DNA of 64,000 nt from Candidatus Dojkabacteria bacterium. Its GTDB lineage: Bacteria > Patescibacteriota > Dojkabacteria > JAOAGR01. Below, one piece after another: positions 19,041 through 31,300 of this stretch. Position 1 is the stretch's first letter. Every line of letters starts with the position of its first letter. Both the position numbers and the translations under genes were made by a program. The stretch is taken from assembly GCA_025999155.1 (NCBI GenBank), contig AP026679.1:602561-666560 (forward strand), in the 5' to 3' direction. Below the pieces are notes generated by a model. The model had not been told where the DNA came from. It saw nothing but the letters and a program-made list of their open reading frames with translations, and did no database searches.

Positions 19041-21763
19041 CTATTTGTTCAGGCAATCTGTCGGAACTCTGAATATTAGCGCTTTACAAATTGAGAGACC
19101 TTTCTGTCTCACTGTCTGGAAGAGAACATAATACCCTGGGAAAAACACTATAACCATAATCAAACTGCTTAGTAGACCGAACACTATAGTAAAGGCTAAT
19201 CCTTCCCAGAATGGATCGGATAATGCGAGAGGTAGCAAACTACCTATTGTAGTCAACGAAGTAACTATTATTGGTCGTACTCTTGACGCGGTAGCTTCGG
19301 CGATAGCTTTGGATATATTCCCTCCATTTTCTTTGAGTAATGCATTTGCAGTATCAACAAGAATGATTGTATTGTTGACTACTATACCTGCTAAGGCAAG
19401 TATGCCGATCACCACAAAAAAGCTAATTGGATTGCCAGTCAAGTACAGGCCCGGGAACAGTAATGGGAAGGAGAATGGTATTGCCATGAATATCAGTATA
19501 GGTAGTGAGTACGACGAATACTGTGCGACGAGGTAAGCGTACATCACTAACAAAGCTATATACAGACCAACAATGGCTGAATCAAATGATTCTCGATTCC
19601 TACTTTCGGATCCTAAATCTCTGCCTATATCCTTATTAATATCCAGCCCAAGCTCTGTTAGTTCATCTTTCGTTTGTCTCAATAACCTTCTTTCTGGATC
19701 GTAGTGATGTCGTTGGTATCTACCTGGGTGTCGAACTTAGCTTCTACTGAAGCAATTCTTTGATTATTCTCACGATATATCGTATCAACATTTCTGACCA
19801 CTACCTCAGCTAACTCTACTTTTTCACCATCTCTGATTAGTGTATTCAAGACTTCTCTAGCGTCTCTTTGAGTTCGTTCGTTGCCCTTCTCAGAGTTTCA
19901 GTGTCGTCTGAATACACTTGAATCTTAAATGGAAATTGATCTCTTGGTGGTCCGGAAGAGACTTGTGAGACCGAGATCACAGAGTCCGGGATGTTTTTTA
20001 GCTCTTTCTCGATACTTTTTGCTAGTTCAGATGCGGTGACATCTCTTCTGATCAGACGGGGATAGCTCGACCGATCCCGTGGTCGATAGGATCGATCCTC
20101 TATATATAACTTTGTTGGATATCGGCCTGATAATTTTTCAAGGATGTTCGTTGACTGATTCTACAATTTGTTTTTGTTTGTCTATGCTTGGTAGGCCGAC
20201 AGGTTGTATCGAAATAGTAAGTTCGTCACCGTCTTCAGCAGCAGGAAATATTGAGAATTTTAACTGACTGGCAAAAGATGATCCTAAAACAATAAAAACT
20301 AAACTCACAATAAGCATTGTTGTGAGAAATATAGGTTTACGTACATATGCATATACAAACTTCCCAATGATTTCTCCTAATCTGATAACAAGACCTCCTG
20401 TTACGCTTAATAGATTTTCGATTCTATCAATAAAATTCTGATTTTCTGGTTTCTTTGGTTGTTTTAGTATTAATGATGCCAATCCGGGTACTAAAGTCAG
20501 GGCAAGCAATAAGGAAAGTATCAGTGTAGTAATAACAGTTATAGGAATAAGTCGTATAAAATCACCTAAAACACCACTTATGAAAAGCATTGGAATAAAG
20601 ACAAGGATGGTTGTAACTGATCCTGCTATTTTCGCAATTCCAATAGAGTTTATTGCTTTCTTCACGGATGCTATACGACCTAAGCCTTGAGATCTATATG
20701 TCTCGATAGCTTCTACTACAACAGTTCCATCATCAACAAACACACCAAGTACCAAAATCAAAGCGAACAAAGATATGATATTGAGAGAATTAACAGAAAA
20801 GTAGATATACAGTATCGAAGAAGCAATAACAATCACGACAAATGAAGCCAATACTACAGCGGATCTGATATTAATTAACAATGCCACGATTAGTAAAACG
20901 ATAATTACAGCTCCTACCGTATTAGATTCCAATGAACTTATCTGCTGACGTATTGTTGGGGCAAAGTCCTGTGTAATTTCTATATTGTAATCTTTAAATT
21001 CATCTTTTGATTTCAGTGAATCTATGCTTTTTTGTACTGCATCAGAGAATTTTATAGCATCGAGGGATTCTTTTTTTATTAATCCAATTGATATTGCTTC
21101 GTAAGAGTCTAATTGATCATTATTTAATTTTACTATTCTGGTGAATCTTTCTTGTACTGGTATTTCCTGATTAGTAAATGGGTTTACACGTTTTTGTATG
21201 GCTTTTATTACTTCCGCTTGGATTATTTCATCTGTTTTTGCTAGTTCTGATGCGATTTTATCAGCAGTACTTTGTAATTCTGCTAAATCCGCATCACTTT
21301 GGTATACGTTAACGATAACGTCATATTTATTGTCGAACTTTCCTATATTAGGAGTTTGAACCTCGTATTTAGCCCCGTCTGGTATTTTAACTTTTTCAGA
21401 AATTGCTTCTTTAATAGTAGTTTTTACAGCTTGTGGGGAAGATCCTTCATTGAGAGTAATCACTATTACAAAACCGTTATCAGTTGTAGTGGATGAGATT
21501 TTGTTGACCTCTTTTAACTCGGCTAGTTGTCTTTCTATAGGTCCAGAAAATTCTTTATCAACCTTGTATTTATCGTTAACTTGATAATTTCCATTAATAA
21601 TTAATATAGGATTCTGGATGCTTGGAAAGCCTTCTTTTCTTAGAAACTGGGTGTATGCAATCCAACCTAATGCAATTATTCCGACAAACAAAAGTAGGGT
21701 AAACCTAATATTTTTTACAAATGGAATACTTAGTTTTGTAATGAAATTATCTTTCGTTTTCAT
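19041..21763 (-). pseudogene. RND-superfamily (AcrB/HAE-like) exporter, frame-disrupted in the 19683-20137 segment
   Basis: 541-aa N-terminal half (20138..21763) with TM1 and a large periplasmic loop; 19041..19682 is the RND C-terminus LALAGIVVNNTIILVDTANALLKENGGNISKAIAEATASRVRPIIVTSLTT. The middle lacks one continuous frame. Confidence 0.6.
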
Positions 21764-21870
21764 AGCAGTTACCTTGATCGTTCGTAGTCCATGTTAATAG
21801 GCCTCGGTATTCTATCCCATATGGGATACTAAGTCAACAAAGCCATTGTGAAACAGATTTCTTTATCTAA

Positions 21871-22581
21871 TTAAAATTTAAGGATTCTACGTGTAGTTAA
21901 AAATTTTACTTTTATATTTATTGTTAATCTATTTATTGTTAATCTGAAATGACAGGATACTGCCTGATGTATCCAGGATTTATGAGCACATTCGTATATA
22001 AAATCGGCTATAAAATTTCTACTGCATTTCAAGGTTTGGCCTTTTGATCCAAGAGGACCTACAGCACGAGTACCTGTAGAACTTAAGCTGTGTTGTACTG
22101 GTGTGCGAACTATAGTCCAGTCTAGATCTGATGCCAAGAGCCTTTTTACCATCTCGATACCATCCTTGATACGGTGAGGGTCGATTAGTGCAGAGGGCCT
22201 TAGTTAGAATTCTATCTACCAATCTTGGTCTATCTCCATCAAGAAATATCCCCGAGCCTGTCAGACATATAATACGCTTGATGCCGTAGTGTCGCATTAC
22301 TTTAATTACCATCTGTTATTGAGCGTGTTTGTAGATCGGGTGGGGAGTCAATTTTGTGCCCTAAAGCACTTATAACGACGTCAGTATCTATAATTGTTTT
22401 ATTAATATCATTTTCATTTAAAGCATTACCTTTAATTAGTTTTAGATTTTGGTATTTGTTGAAGTCTAAAAGAGAATTTGGATTGCGAACTAATGCTTTT
22501 ACATCATGCCCGTTTTCCAGAAATTTTCTTAATATAAACTTACCGGATTTCCCAGATGCTCCTAGTATTGCAACTTCTCAT
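21871..22581 (-). pseudogene. NAD(P)-binding (NmrA/SDR-like) oxidoreductase remnant in three or more frames
   Basis: Minus-strand EVAILGASGKSGKFILRKFLENGHDVKALVRNPNSL (Rossmann GxxGxxG). Pieces 22019..22312 (IKRIICLTGSGIF) and 21871..22152 (SDLDWTIVRTP) follow. The ATG at 22581 is out of frame with the Rossmann segment. Confidence 0.5.
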
Positions 22582-22632
22582 TGTGTAGACTACTTAAGTT
22601 TTATGTAAAGATATCAATATTTTTAGCACTTT

Positions 22633-24052
22633 CATATAGCTTTAGGGCTTTTTGCCGCTCGACTCTCGTGATTCACAATAGGAAAAGGATAATCTTGACC
22701 TATTACGCACCGATACTTTGATTTGTAAATCTTTCGGCATTGTATAAGGTTCATGTATAAATTCCTTGGGTACGTGTGCTTAGCTCCGGAATGAATTGTC
22801 GAATAAATTTGCCTTCAGGGTCAAATTTCTGGCTTTGTAATACTGGGTTGAAAATTCTGAAATATGGTGATGCATCTGTGCCCGTGCCAGCAACCCATTG
22901 CCACCCTCCATTGTTTGATGTTTTATCCCAATCTATTAATTTTTCTTTGAAATGCCTTTCGCCTTCTTTCCAGTGTATATGCATATCTTTGCAGAGAAAA
23001 GATCCGACTATCATTCTCCCCCTATTATGTAGCCAACCTGTTTGATTCAAACAACGCATGCATGCGTCTACTATCGGATAACCAGTTTGTCCATTACACC
23101 AAGCTAAAAATTTATCTCTATCAAATTCCCAAGGGAAATTATTAAATTGACTATTAAAGTTTTCTGTTTCTACATGTGGGAAATATATGTTTATATATTT
23201 ATAGAATTCACGCCATATAATTTCGGATAAAAAAGTGTCTATCCCTTTATTTCGTCTGTTCATGAAACAAAATTTCACGATTTCGTATGGACTTATAGTC
23301 CCAAATTTTAGATGAGGCGATAATCTACTTGTACCATCAAAGTCAAGAAAATTACGGTTATTGTGATACCGTTCGATTTGATTTATTTTAAAATCATTCC
23401 ATACTTTTGATGCTTCATCTTCGCCTCCATGAAATTCATCGTTTTTTTGATTAATGACCAATCGATCAATTTCTACCAAGTTATCGAAACCCTTGAAAAT
23501 ATCATCGATAATGCTACTATCCACAAATATTTCTTTAATGTGATAATGAAAATCTAGGATTTGAAAGTTCGATTCTAGTTTCTGTAACCAAGCTTTTTTG
23601 AATGGAGTAAATACTTTAAATGGAGCATTGTTACTATTAAGCAAGTTATCTTCTTCATCAAACACAATAAGATTTTTTATCGCATAAACTTTACCATTGT
23701 TTTCTTCAATCAACTTACGTACTTCAACATCGCGTTTTTTTGCAAACTTTGTGTAGTCCTTAGAATAATATAGATTATCTATTTTATATCTGGTTAGTAT
23801 TTGACGAAATACATGTTTCGGGCTTCCTTCTAAAACTACTAGTGTAGAGTTATAGCGTTGCAGAGCTTTCTTAAGCGATACTAGACTTTCAATTAAAAAA
23901 GTTCTGCGAAAAGGAGATGTCTCTTCACTATGAAAAATTTTCGTATCTAGGATGTATATCGGAATGACCTTTAGAGATTGCTTATATACTGCTTCTAGGA
24001 CACGACTATAGCGCAATCTTAAATCATTACGAAACCAGACAAAATTCAGCAT
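22633..24052 (-). CDS. phr: deoxyribodipyrimidine photolyase/cryptochrome family; two frame changes in the last 40 codons or so
   Basis: FAD-binding C-terminal domain WLHNRGRMIVGSFLCKDMHIHWKEGERHF and GGWQWVAGTGTDASPYFRIFNP. Main ORF 22751..24052; the C-terminus continues in other frames as VPKEFIHEPYTMPKDL and IGQDYPFPIVNHESRAA. Confidence 0.8.
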
Positions 24053-24067
24053 AAGCTATTTTCTGAG

Positions 24068-24475
24068 TTATTTGGCATCCAATTGTTTTTGGAGTTTCCT
24101 CAAAGCTCGTTTAAACATTCTCTTATGAGCTTTTTCCCGAGCCATAGCCACTTTAAATGCTTTGAGGGCAGTATCTTTATTTTTAGGATTTTCTGATTCA
24201 GCCTCTGCTATCATTGAAGGATACATTTCGTCAATTTCATCTTGCTCACCGTATACAGCGTCTTGTAGATTTTCTAAAGTTGATTTAACGAATCCCATTG
24301 CTTGAAGATGGGTGATTCCGTGTACGGTCTCTGCTCCAGCAGCTTCTTCGAAAAGTTGCGCAATTTCTGGATAGCCTTCCTCTAGTGCCTTTTGTGCAAA
24401 AGCCATGTACTTCAGTCTTGCAAAAGCCTCACCTTGTGCGGCTTTGAGTAGGTTTTCATTTGTCTTTGACATCAT
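24068..24475 (-). CDS. rubrerythrin-like ferritin-fold diiron protein (no rubredoxin domain)
   Basis: NLLKAAQGEAFARLKYMAFA...AETVHG and ...AVYGEQDEIDEMYP...AMAREKAHKRMF: two E..H pairs. Likely start at M13/M14 of the tracked ORF. Confidence 0.65.
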   Translation of the reverse strand: MMSKTNENLLKAAQGEAFARLKYMAFAQKALEEGYPEIAQLFEEAAGAETVHGITHLQAMGFVKSTLENLQDAVYGEQDEIDEMYPSMIAEAESENPKNKDTALKAFKVAMAREKAHKRMFKRALRKLQKQLDAK

Positions 24476-24547
24476 TGAGAGTCTAACATTTTTTACGAAA
24501 TTTAGAAGCATGGATTGAAGTTGTGTTTTGATTGAAATTTATCTACT

Positions 24548-25450
24548 ATGAGATTCAATATTATGCAATCTAAAAACATTGTTAGGAAGGCTATAATACC
24601 AGTGGCAGGCTTTGGTACTCGCTTTTTACCGTATACTAAATCTATTCCAAAAGAAATGTTACCCATTATTGATAAACCGGTCGTGCAATTTGTAGTCGAA
24701 GAAGCGATAAGTGCAGGGATAGAAGATATCATTCTAGTCACTGGGCCAAACAAAAGGGCCATCGAAGATTATTTTGATTATTCGTATGAGCTAGAAAAAA
24801 GACTCATTGACTTTGGTAAGGAAAGTCTTATCCCAGATATTAATAAACCTGCTTCTCTAGCGAATTTTATCTATATTAGACAAAAAGGTCCTTATGGCAA
24901 TGCAATTCCTATTAAGGTTGCTAAAAAGTTAGTAGAAAATGAACCCTTTTTAGTTTTATGGGGCGATGAGTTTCTTTTGTGTGACGGTAAGACTCGTGCA
25001 CAACAAGTTGTTGAAGCATATGAGAAATTAAAAGCAAGTGTACTATGCGCTTTTGTATCTAATGATCCGGAAGATACTAAAAAATATGCCTTTGTTGACG
25101 GGTATGAAGTAGAACCTGGGGTTTGGAAGGTTAATAGATTAATTGAGAAACCTGGAGTTGGTAATGCTCCTACTAATATTGCAATTCCTTCGGGATATGT
25201 GCTTACACCTGATATATTTCCGATTTTAGATTCACAAAAGCCAGGCCTAGGAGGAGAATATTATTTATCTGAGGCTATAGATCAACTTGCAAAAAGCGGA
25301 GTGCCTGTCTATGCTGTTATAGTTGAATATAAGCGGTATTTTGATACAGGTGATAAACTAAAATACATGCAAGCTGTTATCGAGATGGCATTGCATGATC
25401 CTAATATCGGTGAGAATATACGTGAATATATTAAAACTATTCTAAAATAA
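24548..25450 (+). CDS. galU: UTP-glucose-1-phosphate uridylyltransferase
   Basis: KAIIPVAGFGTRFLPYTKSIPKEMLPIIDKPVVQFVVEEAISAGIEDIILVTG; 300 aa. Confidence 0.85.
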   Translation: MRFNIMQSKNIVRKAIIPVAGFGTRFLPYTKSIPKEMLPIIDKPVVQFVVEEAISAGIEDIILVTGPNKRAIEDYFDYSYELEKRLIDFGKESLIPDINKPASLANFIYIRQKGPYGNAIPIKVAKKLVENEPFLVLWGDEFLLCDGKTRAQQVVEAYEKLKASVLCAFVSNDPEDTKKYAFVDGYEVEPGVWKVNRLIEKPGVGNAPTNIAIPSGYVLTPDIFPILDSQKPGLGGEYYLSEAIDQLAKSGVPVYAVIVEYKRYFDTGDKLKYMQAVIEMALHDPNIGENIREYIKTILK

Positions 25451-26281
25451 TCCGATATTGTCCGCATTAATGTTAATATTGTTTGGTGATGAGTACGATA
25501 TCTCTCTCACTGAATAATTAATACCGATTTCTAAAACTACCGGGCAATGGTCGCTTCCCATTTGGTTTGTCAAGTGGTAACAGTTTATTATGTATTTGTC
25601 AAGAGATTTGGATGCGAAAAAATAGTCTATCCTCCAGCCTACATTTCTCTCGCGAGCACGTGACTTAAGATCCCACCAAGTGTAATTTCCTCCATCACTA
25701 TTGAATTTTCTGAAACAATCTATAAATCCTGCATCTATAACTCTATCAATCCATTCTCTTTCTATCGGCATAAAACCAGATACGTTTATATTTTCTTTAG
25801 GCCTCGCTAGATCGATTTCCTTATGGGCTGTATTGACATCGCCACAAAAAATGACTGGTTTAATTTTCTCGTATGATTGGATAATTCTTAAAAATTCATC
25901 ATAAAATTCTAATTTGTACTTCAGTCTATTTTCTCCCATTCCACCATTCGGAAAATATACATTAAATAAGAAAAAATCCTGAAATTCTAAACAGATTACT
26001 CTCCCTTCATTTCTAAGTATCGGATTATCGTTTATTTCTTCGATTTTTATTGGCTGTATGTTGGTATAGACAGCAGTGCCGCTGTATCCTTTTTTGTTCT
26101 TTGCTGATGACCAGAACGAGATGTAGTTTTTGTATTCGATAATATTTTTTGGGAGTTGCTCCACAGATGCCTTAGTTTCTTGGAGGCACAGAACATTAGG
26201 CTGAGCTTGTTCAAAAAACTCGAAGAAACCTTTGTTTACTATCGCTCTTATTCCATTTACATTCCAAGTCATTAATTTCAT
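25442..26281 (-). CDS. xth: exodeoxyribonuclease III / AP endonuclease (EEP family)
   Basis: MKLMTWNVNGIRA, CLQETK, GDVNTAHKEIDL, WRIDYFFAS, SDHCPV motifs. Confidence 0.85.
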   Translation of the reverse strand: MKLMTWNVNGIRAIVNKGFFEFFEQAQPNVLCLQETKASVEQLPKNIIEYKNYISFWSSAKNKKGYSGTAVYTNIQPIKIEEINDNPILRNEGRVICLEFQDFFLFNVYFPNGGMGENRLKYKLEFYDEFLRIIQSYEKIKPVIFCGDVNTAHKEIDLARPKENINVSGFMPIEREWIDRVIDAGFIDCFRKFNSDGGNYTWWDLKSRARERNVGWRIDYFFASKSLDKYIINCYHLTNQMGSDHCPVVLEIGINYSVREISYSSPNNININADNIGLF

Positions 26282-26630
26282 GATCGATTGTATCAGTATT
26301 AATACGTTAGTCGATATGTAAAATATTGACCAGACTTATGATAATTCACGATTTGAAGATTATATATCTGCTTGAATAATTATGAAATTTCCTTTCTCGT
26401 TTTAGAGTTTTCACGTAAAGATCATAGAGTGAGCTATCTGGTTGTTCTGCTATGTAGTTTGTAAGTTTCTTTTCGTGGATGATTTTGTGAAGAATTGATG
26501 ACAACAAGAAGCCTACTATTTGCTATCAATATCACTAATAAGTCCTGTATGAGCTGTTTTGCTTTGATAAAGGTAAGTAGCCTGAATTGTTTTGTTTATG
26601 GATTTCAAGTATATATACAGAGTGTTTCAA

Positions 26631-27006
26631 ATGAAAATCAGAATATCACATCCGATCTAGCATAATTTGTATCAAAAAATCGATCAGCACGAGGGCAATT
26701 ACACCAGGTTTTTAGTTATTGGATATCAAAAAGCCGCTCGTGCTGATGATAAGACTAGTATTACATTTAATTTGCATAATGGTATTTCCGATTTGCCTGA
26801 AATTTTGAGTTTGCTGAGTAAAAATAATATAAGGTTACTGAATATAATTCACGTCCAGTTCAATATAAAATTTTTGACTTTGTTTTTTTATAGATATTCA
26901 AGGACATATTGAAGATATGACGGTACAACGGTTTATCGACTCTATTAGTACAAAGGTAAGTCATCTGAAGTTACTTGGATCATATGAGGCTGCATGGCAT
27001 GATTAA
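26631..27006 (+). pseudogene. pheA: prephenate dehydratase C-terminal (ACT domain) remnant, frame-disrupted
   Basis: MKIRISHPI(stop)...GNYTRFLVIGYQKAARADDKTSITFNL in ORF 26667..26912. Another frame gives FIDIQGHIEDMTVQRFIDSISTKVSHLKLLGSYEAAWHD(stop). No catalytic PDT domain upstream. Confidence 0.55.
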
Positions 27007-27090
27007 TATTGATATAATGAGTTATTGCGGATTGACGTAGTGTTTTTTATCGACTATTTTGTTATTTGATTCAATGATGGTAATACGATT

Positions 27091-28197
27091 TTGTTTGATA
27101 ATATTGCAAAACAAATTCGTGCTATGGCTGATTTAGCTATCATTAAAAATAAAATTAGCAAAGAAGGGCTTGATGCTTTTCTTTTTAATTCTGAATCAAA
27201 TGTATTTTACTTATCGAAATTTTCTTCAACTTACGCGTTTATTGTAATCACCCCATCTAATCAATATTTTTTAACTGATGCAAGATACTATGAAAATGCC
27301 AAAGCAAAATTACAAGAATTTGAGGTAGTACAATTACAACAAGGAACGAAAGGGTTAAAGCTATTTTTGAATGATTTGGGTATTAAGACACTTGGATTTG
27401 AAAAGGATCGAGTTACATTAGACTTTTATGAAAATTTGAAAGAAGGTTTGCAAGCAGAACTTTTAGGTTATACGAAGTTTTTAGAAGAATTTAGGACTGT
27501 AAAAACCGAAGAAGAGATTCAAATCATTAGGACAGCTGTTCATAAAATAGATGATATTTATAGTGGTTTGATTGAATGGCTTAGAAGTAACGATATTAGT
27601 CGACTTACTGAGTCCATGGTGAGACGTAAGTTGGTCGATTTAATACTTCAAGAGGGAGGTTCTGGCGAAAGCTTTCCATCTATAGTTGCTACTGGAAGTA
27701 ATTCTGCAATTCCACATTGGGAGACAGCGGATCAGCACGTTTTGTCGGATGCTCCTTTATTGATAGATACGGGTTTGAAATATAAAGGGTATTGTAGTGA
27801 TTTTACCCGTACTATTTATTTTGGTAGCCCAACAAAACAATTTGAGGAAATTTATAAAATAGTAAAAGAAGCAAATATTGCAGCAACTTCATGTGTAAAA
27901 GCTGGTGTTAGCGTAAGCGAGATAGATTTGGCTGCTAGACACGTAATTGAGTCATATGGATATGGTCAGCATTTTATACACTCGACCGGGCACGGAATCG
28001 GTATTGACATTCATGAACACCCAAGAGTACACAAAGATGAAAATGCTGTTCTACCGGAAAATACTGTTATAACAATTGAACCGGGTATTTATATACCAGG
28101 TTATGGCGGTGTAAGATTAGAGAATGTTGTTGTCGTAAGGAAAGATAGTGCTGAGGTATTGACTCGGACTTCTCTAGATATTCTTACCATAAATTAA
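27091..28197 (+). CDS. pepP: M24-family Xaa-Pro aminopeptidase/dipeptidase
   Basis: Pita-bread fold metal ligands: DTGLKYKGYCSDFTRT, HSTGHGIGIDIHEHP, ITIEPGIY, GGVRLEN. Confidence 0.8.
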   Translation: MFDNIAKQIRAMADLAIIKNKISKEGLDAFLFNSESNVFYLSKFSSTYAFIVITPSNQYFLTDARYYENAKAKLQEFEVVQLQQGTKGLKLFLNDLGIKTLGFEKDRVTLDFYENLKEGLQAELLGYTKFLEEFRTVKTEEEIQIIRTAVHKIDDIYSGLIEWLRSNDISRLTESMVRRKLVDLILQEGGSGESFPSIVATGSNSAIPHWETADQHVLSDAPLLIDTGLKYKGYCSDFTRTIYFGSPTKQFEEIYKIVKEANIAATSCVKAGVSVSEIDLAARHVIESYGYGQHFIHSTGHGIGIDIHEHPRVHKDENAVLPENTVITIEPGIYIPGYGGVRLENVVVVRKDSAEVLTRTSLDILTIN

Positions 28198-28338
28198 TAT
28201 GCTGAATAAGTAGACCATTTTAAGACTTTTTTGTAAGAGAATATGTCAGGTTAGGGACTTATCGCTGTAAACAGTTATTTCACTGGTACTATCTAGTGAG
28301 ATTATCTTTAATTTAATAACTTAGAATATAATTTTCAG

Positions 28339-31300
28339 ATGCAAGATTTGTTTCTGCAAAAATACAATGAATTAAATGAGAATCAGAAAAAAGCTGTAGA
28401 TAAAATCTATGGACCTGTGCTTGTGTTAGCTGGCCCAGGTACTGGTAAGACACAAGTTTTAGCTTTGCGTATTGCAAATATTTTAAGACAAACCGGAGAT
28501 GATCCTAAATCTATTTTGTGCTTGACTTTCCAGGAGTCTTCAGTTTTTGCCATGCAAAAGAGGCTGGAAAAGTTTATTGGAGCAGCTGCGTATAAAGTAC
28601 AAATTAGTACGTTTCATTCATTTTGTTCTGAAATTATTCGTACTTTTCCCGAATTATTTGATTTTTCGGATAAAGTTGAGCCAGTAAAAGATATTGATAA
28701 ATTAAGTATTTTTGCTGATATTTTAGAAAGTGAGAGTTTGATTAGCTTGCAGATGCGTGGTGATAAATTAGGTTATTTTAAAGGAATTGCCGATGCTATC
28801 TCGAATCTTAAAAAAGAATTTATTTCCCCTAATCAGTTTTTAGAAATTATTCGAAGTTTTGAGGCATCTTTAGATTCAGATGCTTTGAAACGAGAACAAA
28901 AAAGACTTGAAAAACTTTACGATTTGCAAAAGTTTTATGTGAAGTACTTAGAGGTTATGCAAAACCGCAATCTTATCGATTTCGATGATATGATTTTTCG
29001 TGTAACTGAACAATTTTCTATCAATGAGTCATTAGTAAAATTTTTTCAAGAAAAATATTTGTATACTTTAGTTGATGAATTTCAAGATACAAATAACGCA
29101 CAATTAGAAGTACTAAAGGCTGTCGCTCGATTTGAATACCTCGATACTAATGTTTTTGCTGTAGGTGATGATGACCAAACTATTTTTAGGTTTCAAGGAG
29201 TAAATAGTAAAAATTTTGAGAGATTTTTAGAGCTATTCCCAAAGTCAGAAATCATTGTTTTACAGACTAATTATCGTTCAAAGCAGGAAATTATTGATGC
29301 CGCATCAAATTTGATCGCTAATAATCCGAATAGATTAGTAGATCATGAATTATTGAAATCACGTAATTTAAATAAAAATTTTACTTCGGGATACAAAAAT
29401 TCTGATTTTTCTGATGATATTGAGGTTCATATTTTTGAACATTCATTTCATGAAGATTATTGGATTGGGCAAAAAATTCTAGAATTATCAAAACAAGGGA
29501 TAAAATTGAATGACATTGCAATTATTGTGAGGAAAAACAATCAAATGCCGAATATCACGAAATTTCTTGATAGATTCGGTATACCGTATACTATAAAACG
29601 TTCGGAATCATTGTTGGCGAGTAAGTATATAAGGCATTTACTTTTGATTGTTGAAGTTATTGCTTCTGCAGATGCTTTGCAGGATGATAATAAGATGTGG
29701 CAGCTTCTTTCTTTAGAATATTTTGGGTTCAATGCTTTTGACGTATTAGAGCTTTTACACAAAGCAAAAAAAAGCAAGGTATCTATTTACGATTTTGTCG
29801 TTAACGATACTACAGATCAATACCTGTCCATTCGAGAATTAATACATAAACTTATTGCTTTGCAGAATTACGCTTTGAATAATTCTTTTGCCTTTACATT
29901 TGTCAAAATAATTCATACTTTGGAATTATTGAAATTTTTTGAGAAGTTACCGGATCCTTATGTAGAGTTAAACAAAATATCCTCCTTATATCAATATATT
30001 CAGTCACGAACTAATTTCTTGAAGAAATACTCTATACACGATTTTTTGACAGAGGTTAAGTTGATGGAAGATAGAGATATTCCTCTTCCTGTAGATCCTA
30101 TAGATATTGATTTAGACAATAAAGTCAATATCATTACTGCTCATTCAGCTAAAGGATTAGAGTTTCGTAAGGTATTTATATATCAAGCTGTAGAAAATAA
30201 ATGGGAGAAATATCGTGGTTTGAATACAGGCATAAAATTACCCCCTTTAAATACTCCTAGATTTACTGATGATACTGATAATACTGAAATAGACGAAAGA
30301 AGATTATTTTATGTTGCTGTAACAAGAGGGAAGGATAGTGTATATGTTACTTATTCAAAAAGATATTTTGACGCCGAAACCGGCGAAGTTGATACCGATG
30401 AGAAAACACCTTCACGCTTTATTAGTGAAATGAATGTATCTAAGCATATTGAACATACAGACTTGGTCCAAAAACACCTAGAAATTACTAAGTTATTACT
30501 TGAAGAGAATAGCCCTTTACAAATATCTGATCAAAATAAGTCATATTTACGTAAATTAATTACTCAAGATTTGAGCCTCTCAGCTACTCGAATAAATAAA
30601 TATCAGAAATGTCATTATAAATTTTTATTAGAAGATATTTATAAGGTGCCGGTTTATGACTCTGTACACGCGATTTTAGGGAATTTAGTACATGATGGTA
30701 TACGTTCCATGTATATCAAGAGGAATCATGGCAGATTAAATGATGATGCTTTATTTGAGATCATAAATTCACAAATTCAGAATTTACAACATAGATTAGA
30801 TTTAGGGATGATAATCGAGGAGCAAACAAGTTATGATGTTTTAAAGAATGATTTGGAAAAAAGTTTAAAAATTTACTACGAATATTTGTTACATAATCCT
30901 ATCAAATATTTACGATCAGAACAGTGGATCCGAGGTGTCATCGATGGAATCAAAATTATAGGTAGGATAGATTTATTAGCAGAAGATGACTATGGGCTAG
31001 TTGTTATAGATTTCAAAACCTCACAGAACATACCATCTATTTATGAATTTCTCGGTTTAGGAAAGAGGTCAGATAAAACCCATTTAAGACAAATACTGTT
31101 CTACAAACTGCTAATAGATTCGGCTATTAATCATGTCACTTTATTCAAGAATAAAAGTGTTAATCGTTTACGACTAGAATATATCGATATTAAAGCTGGC
31201 ACAGTTAAAGTTATTGAAGTGCCTACACAAGGGATTTTTGAATATAAATTACGATCTAATTCGAAGACGACTAAATTACATGACATTGATATGGAGATAA

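Noticed and set aside
24502-24762. Minus-strand 86-aa ORF overlapping the galU start
   Set aside because: Antisense to well-supported galU; no motif.
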